Position numbers and translations under genes: made by a program. A stretch of DNA of 64,000 nucleotides from the human T2T-CHM13v2.0 reference genome, Homo sapiens, in the NCBI RefSeq assembly GCF_009914755.1, contig NC_060929.1. One strand, written 5' to 3'. This document shows, piece after piece, positions 29,630 through 42,790 of this stretch (positions are counted from its first letter, which is position 1; each line of letters begins with the position of its first letter). Below the pieces are notes generated by a model. The model was not told the origin of the DNA and searched no databases. It saw only the letters and a list, made by a program, of their open reading frames with translations.

Positions 29630-29915
29630 GGCCACACAGGGTGTCTCACACCTGTAATCCCAGCACATTCAGAGGCATAGGCAGGTAGATTGCTTGAGCC
29701 CAGAAGTTTGAGACCAGCCTGGGTAATATGATGAAACCCCATCTCTACAAATAAAAAAATAGAAAAATTAGCTAAGCATGGTAGTCTGTGCCTGTAATCC
29801 CTGCTATTCAGGAGGATTACTTGAGCCCAGGAGGCAGAGGCTGCAGTGAGCTGAGATTGTGCCACTGCACTGTAGCTTGGGCCACAGAACAAGACCCTTT
29901 AAAAAACAAAAAAAA
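29630..29915 (+). mobile_element. AluJ
   Basis: J diagnostics gattgcttgagcccag and gaggctgcagtgagc, plus an A tail. Confidence 0.9.
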
Positions 29916-31398
29916 CCTAAGGCCTACTTCAGAATTTTTTAGGACAGATTCTGTATAATACAGATGATGGAAGCTGGTGGCGGACGGGGAGAAGAAATGG
30001 AAGGAGATGTAAGGGGAAGTGTAAAGGTGTTAATGCTATGATCCTATGAAATAGAGAAACCACAGATACATTCCAATGTCAAAAAAACAACTGTAAACAT
30101 TGTATTGAAGGGTGTTAGGGTGATGGTTATTTGTATCTACAACCTACTTTTAAATGCATCAAAAATTAAGCTGGGTTAACAGATAGACAAATGGGTAGAA
30201 AATAATAAAACAATTATAAACAGTATGTAAAAAATATATAGACTAGGAGGTAAGTATACAGATGAATACTATATACTTTTATCATGAATTTGAAAATTTC
30301 ATAATAAAATGTTGGAGGCAAGAAGAAAAAAAAGGATACATTCTATGAGTGAACTGAAATTTAGAAACTCAGATATCACTTAGTGTTTTATTGACAACAC
30401 AGAGAATAAACGATGGTACAGTTTTACTTGGACAAGGCAAGGGGTATGCAGTTTGGAAGTCAACAAATATTATTCAAATTTATAATTAAAGAACTACTAT
30501 AACATTTAATCATTTAGCCAATTTTATATATGTATTTTTATAAGAACTGAAACAGAAAGAATGAAAATAGAAACAATTAAAAATGTCCCCAGCTGGCTAG
30601 GAAAAGAAAGAGTATGGTTTGGGATTATAAACTCTTCGATTCCCTATGATATTTAGCAATTTAATTGTATTACTTTGATTAAAATGTTTTTGATCAGTTT
30701 AAACTGATGTAATGAATTCATATTTATTGATACAGAAAAATATGATATAATCCATCTAAAAAGCAAGTTACAAAACAGTGTACAGTGTACCATAGTACCT
30801 ATGAACACAATTAGTGAAGTAATTTGCAGAGCTATAATACCAAATCAGAAATTATTTTGGTAATGAATTTATGATTTTCCTCGTTTTCTGATTTTTTCCA
30901 TGATCTCATATACTTTATTCTCAGAAAACAAAAGACAAAACCCCACACATACACAAAAATAAACGAGTAACTTCTTTACAACCCCAGAGGCTAAGTCAGT
31001 GGGAAAAGAGGGAAATGAATGGTTATGAGCATAAACACAGGGACAAATAAAAGAAGTTTGGAGCACAGAGAACAATTCACAAATCAGAAGTCATTTTAAA
31101 GGACACAGAAATCATGGTTTTAAATATCATTCCATAAGCAAAGAGAATATTAAAATCATTTTTTGGAAAATTCCTTGAAAAATGTTTTGTAATAACTTTT
31201 TTATTTTTTACCCTTCTCATCACAACCATCCTCATTACCTCATAAGAGCCATATGTGGTAACTGTCCAGGGTTGTTCATCTCTGCCTCTCGCCAGGAAAT
31301 ACACTGAATTGCAAGAATTAGGTACTACAAAAAGATGCATATTTTATATTAAGCAGTTACATTTAGAAGTAAACTGGTAACTTGATGGCATTTCTATA

Positions 31399-31400
<2 letters not shown>

Positions 31401-31438
<38 letters not shown>
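31401..31438. repeat. (AT)19 microsatellite
   Basis: Perfect dinucleotide run read directly. Confidence 0.97.
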
Positions 31439-31441
<3 letters not shown>

Positions 31442-32835
31442 ATACATATATGTATGTTTTTTTTTTTTTTTTTACTCATGTATAAAACACATATATCCAC
31501 ATATGGGTTAGTAGTAGTATTTGTTGAACACAATTTTTGGTTTTCACACAAATGCACCTTTTCAAAAATCAATTGTTCCTTCTCCCAACATACCCCAGGC
31601 TGGCAAATGACAAATGAAAATAAAATCCCTGCTGGAAATAGTGGTATAAAAAGCATTTTCCATTTTATGTGCACTTTTCAACCCAGAGAAAATAAGAAAT
31701 TTGTTTTATTTTTGTGCAGTAGTTTCTAAAATATAATCGGAGAGATGCTAGTAAACATTTAACTTTAGATTAGCTTTCTCAAAACTTTTAAGCGCTGGAA
31801 TGAAAGATTTGCTTACATTCTGAAGCTGGTGCAGGGTATCTTTTTTAAGCCTTCTTTGGCATCTCATTTTCACGCACCATCTGAGATGACTTGGAAAACA
31901 CCAGAAAATAACAACACTACTTCCACAAAACAACTGCCTGGACAGTGCCTATTTCTACAGCCATCATTTATAGAACTCTTTTTCTGGGGAGAAGTTTTAT
32001 TTTAAGTGTCAATACTAAAAGATGGTATATTTGGAGTTGGCTGCTTCAATCAGTAAATGTAGTCAGCACCGACTCAGAAACAGCTTATTTTTAATAATTG
32101 GAAGAAGAAATATTTCTAGCTGTTAGTTTTAAATGGCTACAAAGGAAAGAAATTATTTTTTTGGAATTATTAGCTTGCCGTATGTGTAGATTAAAAAGGC
32201 TGTGTAAAAATGGCATCTTGTGATTTTTTTTTACAGTGAACATGACCCAAAACTATGGAAAAGACTATGAGTTCTTTTTATCTTTAGCCCTCCTTCCTTC
32301 TTTGTGCAAATGAGACTAAGAACTTCCTTCACATTGTAAGCAAAGCCTGAATCCCATTGCTGACGTATTTGAGAAAGCAGTTTCATCGATAGAGATCAAT
32401 TTCTGGAATCACTAAAAATTCAACATTTTCTAAGATTCATAAAAATTATTATAGCTTTAGTCTTGACAGTTGCCTTTTTATTTTAAGGAAATTAACCCCA
32501 GAAAACACATAAACACGTGCATATACATACATACACACACGCACATTCACCACACAGTTTATGAAGGAATACAGAGTGCCCACTGGATCATTCAACTTCA
32601 CTGAATGAATATGCAGAAATTTTAAAAAAGTAATTTTGAAAAATTTCAAATGATACTGAAAAATTTGGTATTTTGTTTTAAAAATCTTGACTCATTTATT
32701 TATAAAGTGTGTATATAGATAGATACAAGCAGAGAAATATATATCAATATAAATGTGCAGTAAATATGTATTTATATATATTTACCCTTTCAGTTATATA
32801 TTTACATAACCGAAACATATAAAATTAACAAAGAA

Positions 32836-33130
<295 letters not shown>

Positions 33131-35799
33131 AGTTATCTCTAGGTAAGATCATGATGGAAATTTTCATCTTACTTTATACCTTTCACTGTTGAAATTATTT
33201 TACAGTTGAAGTAAAGGAAATTTTACAATATCCAACAAGAGCCGATGTCATTTATTTAATATCAAAATTAATATTGGAAAAATGTCTATACTTTAGGCTA
33301 CCACCCATCTGCCTGAATTAATCAGCATTAATACTTAATTTTAAATATTACCTGTCAACGCAGGTCACTGAATGTGATCTCCTTTAAGGTATTATCATGT
33401 AATAAACTGCTACAAAAAGTCTAATTCTCTCAAGAGTTTTATAGTCATCCACTTCATTTTCAGGTCAACATTTTAACATATTTTCCCATATTTTTTTCTG
33501 AAGCTTTAATCTCTGCAAAGCCCATCTTTAAATTTGAAGGAAAAGGTAGAAGAGTGAGGAGCAGCAGTAATTAACTTGAATTTGGAACTTGGATATAACT
33601 AAAGACACATTTTGCTTCTTCATTTTTATGTCAGTTTGCAAAGGAAACAGTTATGATTTTAGCTAAATACAGAAATTTTTTTCTTTTTTCTTTTTAAAAT
33701 TCTACTTGTATCACATTTCAAAACCTACTCTGAATTTTCACTCAGTTCCCACAATATTACCATAATTCTTTGAGCTATTGGCAAAATGGATCCATTTTAT
33801 AAAGTCATGCCTTTTGCATTGAGCTTTTGCCTGTCTCATATATTTAGATAAATTTGAAAGCAAAAGGAATATCCACTGTGTTGAATATCTTTAATAGCAT
33901 GGTTGAAATTTATAATTTGAAATTCATAAGTTCAAAGAACATTTATCTACTGCTTGATTTTATGCTTGAAACTTCCTATGCTTCACAGCAGTTTTTTTTT
34001 AATAGGTGGACAAAAATCCTTCCTCCTATCATTCATAACAATTTTCTTTATACTTAAGTAAAATATACAGAAACTTTTAAAGGAACGTCAAAATCTTGTT
34101 CCCTCTTATTGTTGCCACATTATTTTTATTATATTACCCAACCAGGTTTTTATGGTTATGCTTATACTCTCATACAAAACAGTTTTAGAACAAATATTGA
34201 AGGAAATGCAGGGTCACAAAATGAATAAGTTTACCTTAATAACATTAATATGAACAATGATATTATTTTATTGAACTTAAAGCACGCTCTTGAGCTTAAG
34301 AGCAAAGATGTAGCCACAGTTGAACTTGTATTTATTTGGGCTATAATTACTCATACTAATACACAGGAAGCTTATTTGCAACAGGATATTTATATAATTT
34401 AAAATATTTTCAGAGTTTTTGTGTGTGTTGAAATGTTAGGAAAACAGAACTCATTCTTAAGCAATGATTTGCAAAGAGCAGTGCTCATATGCAGATTTTT
34501 AAGGCGTAGCCCAAATGGTTAGAAATGCTGCAAAAGTTTAATTTTCTTTTGGGTGATCTGTTGTCTGGAAAAAGCTGTTACATGTAAAAATTTGGATGCT
34601 GAAATCAAATGGCTATACCCAAATGAGCAAGAATAGTTTAAAACATTTAAATCAGCATCTGCATAAAAATTAATATAAATATTATTTATGACTGTTATGT
34701 ATATATAATTATATTATGCATAAGAATATATTTATACAAATATATACTACTAGAAAATTGTATATGATGTACTATTTTATTTTATGTAATATTTTATGTA
34801 TATATTTATTTACACATAATTTATATACTTTTAAGACTGTGTCCATTTTTCATTTATTCTTGGTCTCCGGTTTGAACAACGCTGCTTTATGGCATTACAC
34901 TGATAATTCTCTCTACTCTTTAGTTCTCTTCCTTATCGCTTATTCATGTGTATCTTATTCCATGCTATAATGTAATGTACCATACATGTGTTGAATTTAA
35001 AAAAAAAATTAGCAGAATTTCAATGCTTTCCTATATTACTCAACATAAATATTCTCTATATAGAATGAATTGGAACAAGCTATTTGTGAATCTGAAAGGA
35101 TAATCAGTGATTCTACCAATCATAGTGGTAAACTCATTCAAACTCAGCCTGTTAAAATGAGACGCTCTGCCCTATATCACTGAAAACCTCTTGATTTGCC
35201 AGATTTTTCCCTTCTTTACAAATGAAAATGCTTAGTGTTTTCTGAGTTCCTTTGCACTATCTCCCACTGGATTCAGGTCATTGATTTCATCTTCAGAACA
35301 CTTGGAAAGTTTATTTTGTGGTGTTTATGAGCTAATTTATTTTTATTGCAATGTTTATTTAAAATGAAACAATAAGTACACTGAAGTTTTGTGCATTTCA
35401 TTTTATGAAAATGTTATCCCAAAGGGATACAGAAGAACTAAATACAAATTTTCAAAATTTATTGTTTTTTTTTTTGCCTGCTGCTATATCTGAGGTTGTA
35501 CTTTTGTTCTGATCTTTGTAACACCTCAAAAAAAAAATGGGTTAAGAGAAGGATGAACAGAAGAATGGATATGAGACCTATCTGATAAGGCAAGCAGATT
35601 AATAGACGAATGGAGGAATGTTTGGATGTATATGTATATGTGTTCATTGCAGTTTTCAACTTTTTGTGTTGAAATTTTTATAAAAAGAAGTTGGAGAAAT
35701 AAAAAACAAGAAAACAGAACCATAAGATTTTTATTTAACATTTTTGATTAAAGGAATTGTATTGCAAATTATGACTTTTTAATTTGGCAACATCCTTTT

Positions 35800-35861
35800 A
35801 ATGGTGTTCTTTCTTTGTCCTTCTCTTTCTCTTCCTCTCTCTCTCCCTCTCTTCCCTAAAG
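35800..35861 (+). promoter_or_regulatory. Long CT-rich polypyrimidine tract and splice acceptor (taaag|) of the cadherin exon
   Basis: About 50 nt of almost pure pyrimidines ending cctaaAG at 35860-35861, immediately before the in-frame cadherin sequence. Confidence 0.85.
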
Positions 35862-36156
35862 CTCCATTCCGACTTAGACAAGGGAGAGGGCACTGCGAAA
35901 TACACCCTCTCAGGAGATGGCGCTGGCACCGTTTTTACCATTGATGAAACCACAGGGGACATTCATGCAATAAGGAGCCTAGATAGAGAAGAAAAACCTT
36001 TCTACACTCTTCGTGCTCAGGCTGTGGACATAGAAACCAGAAAGCCCCTGGAGCCTGAATCAGAATTCATCATCAAAGTGCAGGATATTAATGATAATGA
36101 GCCAAAGTTTTGGGATGGACCTTATGTTGCTACTGTCCCAGAAATGTCTCCTGTGG
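35862..36156 (+). pseudogene. CDH12P: Cadherin-12-derived internal exon (295 nt, EC1 to start of EC2); probably a duplicated CDH12 pseudogene copy, but the parent CDH12 exon is not excluded
   Basis: Translates without stops as [98 protein letters not shown](G). Contains the cadherin Ca-binding motifs LDRE, DINDNEP and PE. AG acceptor and G|GTGAGT donor (36157). Matches recalled CDH12 except GTVKY>GTAKY and KFLDG>KFWDG. Confidence 0.88.
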
Positions 36157-38022
36157 GTGAGTAGGCAAATCAAAATTCTGTGAGATACAATGAGACCTCT
36201 TCAACATTGACTTTTTGCAGGTTGATGTAAACATCTTATCTATCATCTAAAAGAATTATTTTTCAATTCTAGAAAATACAGTTCTTTTCATTTATTTTTG
36301 TAACTTTTTTGTTTTTCTTTCTGCTTCATTATGAAGATAACTACAGGAATATATAACATTAGTTCCTGTTTTCCACCCTGTGAATTTACCTGAATTCATA
36401 GAATCCTTGCGTGCTTTAAGCAAAAAATGTATTTTGTATTGAAATTGATTCTTATCTCAATTCCAGACACCTATACAGTGCTGGAGACACCTACCCTACA
36501 CCACGAAATGCCAGACAGTAATTCCTAGATCAAAGTAAATGATCTAAAGCATGCATCACATCTGATCTGGAAGTGGTCCAGAAACAGGTGTGTTGCATCT
36601 TCTGTAGCTGTAAATAGAGATTCTGGAAGGGTGATACTGTTTCCTTTTCAGGGTAAATAACCCATACTTGTTATGCCATCAAGCCAAGCAGCAAATGAAT
36701 AATGTCATGAAAATATTATTAGAACAAATTAACAAATTACAATTACAATTATCAAATTAACAATTAGAATATAGTAGCACCATCATTCTAAAAATTTAAA
36801 TTTGATATAAATATACATTTCCATATCAGCCTAAATTTACAAAGTCCTATAATATGTAGGATATAAGGTCAATAAGTTAAGAATTCCAGCTTTAAGGACA
36901 ATTTTAAATTATAATTTTTATTCCTCAGTCACCACTGCTAATCCTTCAATTTATTTCAAAGTAACTTCTGGTTTTTATTACATTTGGAAGATAAAGCAAC
37001 TTATCACATGTAGGTTACAACTTAAAATTCGTGTATGAGCCATTGCTTATATTTTCTAAATCTGACATGACCCAGGGGGTTTCTACTGCTCCTACCACCA
37101 CCCAGGACATGCGATGAAGATTGTGCACGTTACCGTGAGGGCGGAAGCAGGTTAGTAGCTGTAGGAGCTGTCACATGGATTTACTATAATGCACTTGAAA
37201 TTGTGTATGTGACCTTATCAGGCATTTAAGGACCATAATCTCTCCTTGACCTAAGAAATCAGCTTGAAGTAATTCACTTAGATTTCAAATTTTAATGTGG
37301 ATACCCAAGGCTGCAAATCTGTTATTCAGTACCTGCTACACTTTTGGGGTTGCCTCTTTTATGCACTGTTAGAATTGCTAGAAATTTAGAAGTCCAATTG
37401 GAAAGAAGCATATCTTGTTAGAAAGTATTCCCAGAAAATGAGGAAGGCTACATTTTAACTGTGTCTTGATTTTACAGGGAGAAAAATAAAGTTAATATTT
37501 TGAGGAAAAAATAAGGCTTTTAAGATGACATGCTATATAGTAGACAAATAGTTTAACTCGGTGCCTACTTCATGTACACTGGATGTGTTAACATGAATTT
37601 ATGACCCTCAGTGACTTTTTATTACCAAAACAGCTTCCTTAAAGCAAACACACACACATGCCTCTACAGTATTGGAAAATTCCGTCTCCTTAGATAAAAC
37701 AATTAGGATTTTTCTTGGGCCAACTAGAATAATTAGGGCTGCAGAGTTGGAGCCTTTATATAAGGAGTTTGCAGCTCATATCCGAAGAGAGAAATGTATT
37801 TCGAAAGTCAAAAGTGTAGGTAAGTGAGAAAGCAGAGTAGTTTCAGCTTTTGCATTTGGAGTGGGTATAATTTACTGTGTTGTCATAAGATACTGGAAAG
37901 ATCTTTGGAAGAATAGGTTCTTAAAGTGTTTTCTCATGTGCCCTTACTGACATTTCCCATTGGGCCTTCAAGACAACTCCAGTAAATACTTAAATTGATT
38001 TTCAGTGCACTGCTTTCTTTCA

Positions 38023-38179
38023 TTTTTATTTATTTATTTTGAGACTGGGTCTTGGTCTGTTGCCCTGGCTGGAGTGCAATGGCCCAATCTTAGCTCACTG
38101 AAGCCTTAAATTCCTGGGCTGAAGAGATCCCTCCACCTGAGCCTCCTTAATAGCCAGTCATGTGCCACCCTGCCTAGCT

Positions 38180-38214
<35 letters not shown>

Positions 38215-38335
38215 TGTAGAGAAGGGATCTAGCTATGTTGCCCAGGCTGTTCTCAAGTAGTCCTGGCCTCAAATGATCCCTCCACCTTGGCTTCCCAGAG
38301 CACTGGGATTACAGTCATGAGCCACCCTCCTGGCT
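38023..38335 (-). mobile_element. AluJ with an expanded central poly-T linker
   Basis: Antisense Alu with J-type ctatgttgcccaggctg and cctgggct. Long T run at 38181-38208. Confidence 0.9.
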
Positions 38336-40357
38336 CCTTTTTTTTTTATTTTTAATAACAGAAGGGTATTTCTTTTGAATGTGAAATTTTACCACATGGT
38401 ATGAATTAGTCCAAGTGTTTTTATACTAAATTTACATAATATACACTTTTCAAGTAAGTACAAAGAGGTATAAACACTGCTTATGAATTGAATGTTAAAA
38501 AATAAATCTCTATGCATTACTTTTGTCTTTCCCCATAATCTCACGTATACACATAAAACAAAAAACAAGGAGACCCAGTTATAGTTGTGGTATCTGCTGT
38601 TTCTGCCTTGAAATTTCCAGCTTACAGCTAAGCAACAACTACTGTGCATCCAGAACTTACATCTATGTTCCTAGAGTACTTGAACCCCATTCTCAAGTGC
38701 ACCCTTCTTACCAGGTGGAAATAGTTCACTGCTGTAATAATCTAAGAAAACATTATGTTTCTCTCTACTTTTTTTTCTCTCATATAATCTAGGCAATTCT
38801 CCCTCTGTATCATTTTCCTGAGAAAACTAAAATAATTTTTAATCAAGACCAGATGGAACTTTGTATGGTATATTGACAGTATACCAATTGTTGTGACGAA
38901 TCTTACTGCCTGTTGTAGATATCAGTGTTTGAAGTATTCCCTATGAAATAACTTTTCTGTCCCAATAATTGAGAGTGCTGTTTCATTTCCAAAAAAAGGG
39001 AAGAATTAATCAATTAAACATACATATAGTGAAATAACCTGTTTTGTAACATAAAACATAAGATGAAGAAATATCGGAACATTGATATGAAGTTTAACAG
39101 TAATGGATTATATATCCAGAAATATGAACAAATAAACCTGCAATGAAAATTTACTAATGTTACTAATTTTCACTTGTGTAACATGAACATTACAAAGAAC
39201 ATAGTGTACAAAGGGAGAATGTTGGTGGGTAGGATGAGTCAAGATTTCAGAGGAAAATCAATATTTAAGACTTACAGCACTGTGGAATATATTTAATTTT
39301 CCTAAAGTTGAAGAAAATTTCAGTGAATCTATGAATTGTTTAAGAGAAAGGTCACTCCGTTACTGACTTCTGCTACATCTAATATTCCAGGGAAGTAATA
39401 TTTAGAGATAAAAAGCTTTTACTCTGACCTCCGGAAATTACTTAATGATCCAGATACTCCCAAAGTCAAAGCAAATCCTTGGAGACAAGTTTGGACTTTA
39501 TGAATGTGGACTTAATTCTTTAAGATCACTAGAGCAACAATAAATTACAGGAATGTACCCTCTTTATATCTGATGATTATGCATAAGTGGGGTGTGCAGT
39601 TTTAAGTTACTTTTCCTACAGTGCTGACAGGTTTAGAGTGTTAAATCCATACTCAACTTGTATTATCTTCCTCTGCTTGAGCTATGCCACCTTGAGTCAG
39701 CTGATTTGACTATTTATAATTAGATACCTAACCTATGATATGATATAGTAGATGTCAATAGTGACTCATGATTTATGTAGTAAGTCTTACCATTTTCTAA
39801 GCAGTAGTCAGGTGCCATGTGATCTAACTAAAGATTTGTATTTCTTATTTTACTTAACAATTACAGTAACCCCAATGCAGTATTATTCACTGTTGGATTT
39901 TTTTTAATGTGAAAACTTAATAACCCCTGTGGATAAGAAAGTAAGAATGATTCTTAGGTGCTTTAGGACCAAATTAATCAGAATTTAATATACCACTTTG
40001 TCTAGGTGTCATGGCGGCTAAAATATCTTTGAGAAAGTTAAACTTAGCTTTCAATCTCAGATGATCTACTTAAGAATTTGGAAAGTTTATATTATATTAT
40101 TTGAGAATGGGGATTCTTGCTTAAACGAAACCTGAAGGACGGGCATCTTTCATTCAATATCTTAAAAAGAAAGTTTAGCTGACATTTAAATAAGAAAAGA
40201 TACACCTAAAATAAAGTAGAACACTGGTTTAATAAAAATAGTGAACAGGTACTCCCTTGCCTTTCTATTTTTCTCTCAACTCTATTTTATTTTACCTGAA
40301 GTTTGGGGAGAAATGCTAAGATGAAATTTTTGGTGGAGTCTTTCAGAGGTTATTTAA

Positions 40358-40702
<345 letters not shown>

Positions 40703-40989
40703 TAAACGGTCTAAGAAGGAAAAGTGAAGACTGTGTCTGTACTTTACATTAATGAACTATTACAATTTAGAAACATATATAAGTCTCCACACTTCCTTAT
40801 TTTCACAAAAATGCCATAGAGAGACAAATTGAAACATAAAAAACTAGATATATTCTCTCATCCCATGAGCCAGCCATGGAAACAGAGAGCAGCTCAATTA
40901 GTAGCAGAGGAACAGGTGAATTATCATCCACTTCTATCTATGCCCTAAAAGCAGAGTTTTCTCAGAAGCTTGAAGACAGAATGTTGACT

Positions 40990-41460
40990 ATTTATTTTCC
41001 ACACATAAAGACATTCTCCTTGTGCAATCAAACTACAATGTTTAAAATCAGGAAATTTGCATTAATGTATTATTATAATCTAATCCTTCAGCCCTATTCA
41101 AGCATTAGCACTTGTCTCAATAGTGTCTTATATAACAAAAAGTTCAAGTTCAAAATCAAACATTGTATTAAAATGTTAGGTCTGTTTAGTTTCCTTTAAT
41201 CTGAAACAGGTTCATATTTTTTCTTGGTTTCCGTGACTTTAATATTTTTGAAGATTTCTGCCTAGTTATTTTTTAGAATGGCTCTCCCATCTTGAGTATG
41301 TGTGATGTTTCCTCATGTATGAATGAAGCATATACATCTTTGTCAGAAATATCCCAGAAGCAATTCTGTACTCTCCTCATTATGTTCTGTTGGGTGGGCC
41401 ATGGTTTTTGATTTGTCTCATTACTGATGATGGTTACTTTTATTATTTGATAAAGGTTGT
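40990..41460 (-). mobile_element. L1MC4/5-like 3' fragment
   Basis: aagacattctcct, aaaatcaggaaattt, tttaatctgaaacag and tgatgtttcctcatg motifs. Confidence 0.65.
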
Positions 41461-41461
41461 A

Positions 41462-42790
41462 TATAACTTATCTATTATGGCATAATACATTAGCTAAAAC
41501 CTTAGCGGTGTAAAACAGCAGATACTTACGTTTCTCATAGGAATGGCTCTATTGAGTACCTCTGTCTCAAGGCTTCTCAAGAGTTTGTAGCTACCTTGTT
41601 GGCTGGGGTTGCGGTCTGATCTAAAGGCTTAGTTAGGGGGTGGTAGAAATCTTCCATATGTTCTTTGCTACGTGGACCTCACAGGCCTACATCATAACGT
41701 GGCAGCTGGCTTTCCTCAGAATGAACTACCCAAAAGAGAGCTAGACAGAGAGAAAACCCTCTGATTGAAGCCATAGTCTATTTATAACCTAATCTTGAAA
41801 GTGACATCACATCCCATCTGCCATATTATACAAGTAAGTGCAACGCGAATACAAGAAAGCCGGGATCATTGAGGGCTCTCCTACAGTCTACCTACCACTC
41901 TCTATACTCTGGCTCTCAATGATTCATGTTGCTCTCTCATGCAATATATCCTCATCCCCTTCTGAGGACCCCAAAATTTTCAACCCACTATAGCATCAGC
42001 TCAAAGTCCAGAAGCTTTTCATCTAAATCAAGTCCAGATGGGGAAGTGATTTTGGGTTTAATTCTTTTTTTTTTTTTCTTTTAGATTTTTTTACTTTTAG
42101 TTTTGGAGTACCTGTGCAGGATGTGCAGGTTTGTTACATTGATAAACATGTGCCAGGGTGGTTTGCTGCACCTATCAACCCATCACATAGGTATTAAGCC
42201 CAGCATGCATTAGTTATTTTTTCTAATGCTCCCCATCCCTCCCCTCCACCCCCCATCAAGCCCCAGTGTGTATTGTTCTCCACCCTGTGTCCATGTGTTC
42301 TTACCGTTCAGCTCCCACTTCTAAGAGACAACATGTGGTGTTTGGTTTTCTGTTCCTGCGTTACTTTGCTAAGGATAATGGCTTCCAGCTTCATCCATGT
42401 CCCTGCAGAGGACATGATCTCATTTCCTTTTTGTGGCGGCATAGTATTTCATGGTGTATATGTACCACATTTTCTTCATCCAGCTTTGTGATACTAAAGA
42501 GGCCAGTTACTTACTACACATTCACCAAAAATACAGTGGCAAAACAGGAATAATGTCTCTAGACATTCCTGTTGAAAAAAATGGGAAAATGCACAGACTA
42601 AAAGAATGATTGGTCCACCACATTTTAAAATCCCAGTGGTAAATGTTGCAAGTCATTTGATTATATTCAACGCCTGTGAATAATTATTCATGCCTCTCAT
42701 CTCTGACCTCTAGGCTCTTCGTTCTGCCTTTTGAGTTATTCTTTTTTTTTTTTCCATGAAATACAGCTGGTACTTGCAATAGTACTTGGG
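41462..42790 (-). mobile_element. MLT1 (H-like) LTR (to ~41898) plus adjoining MaLR internal sequence, interrupted by L1PA
   Basis: LTR text tggcagctggctttcctcaga...gaaagtgacatcac...ctgccatatt...cctaccac. Internal text catgcaa...ccactatagcatcagctcaaagtccaga...tcatctaaatca resumes after the L1. Confidence 0.65.
42063..42485 (-). mobile_element. L1PA (PA8/PA10-like) 3' end
   Basis: gtgcaggatgtgcaggtttgttac...ggtggtttgctgcacctatcaaccc...tccagcttcatccatgtccctgca with a poly-T head. Confidence 0.92.
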
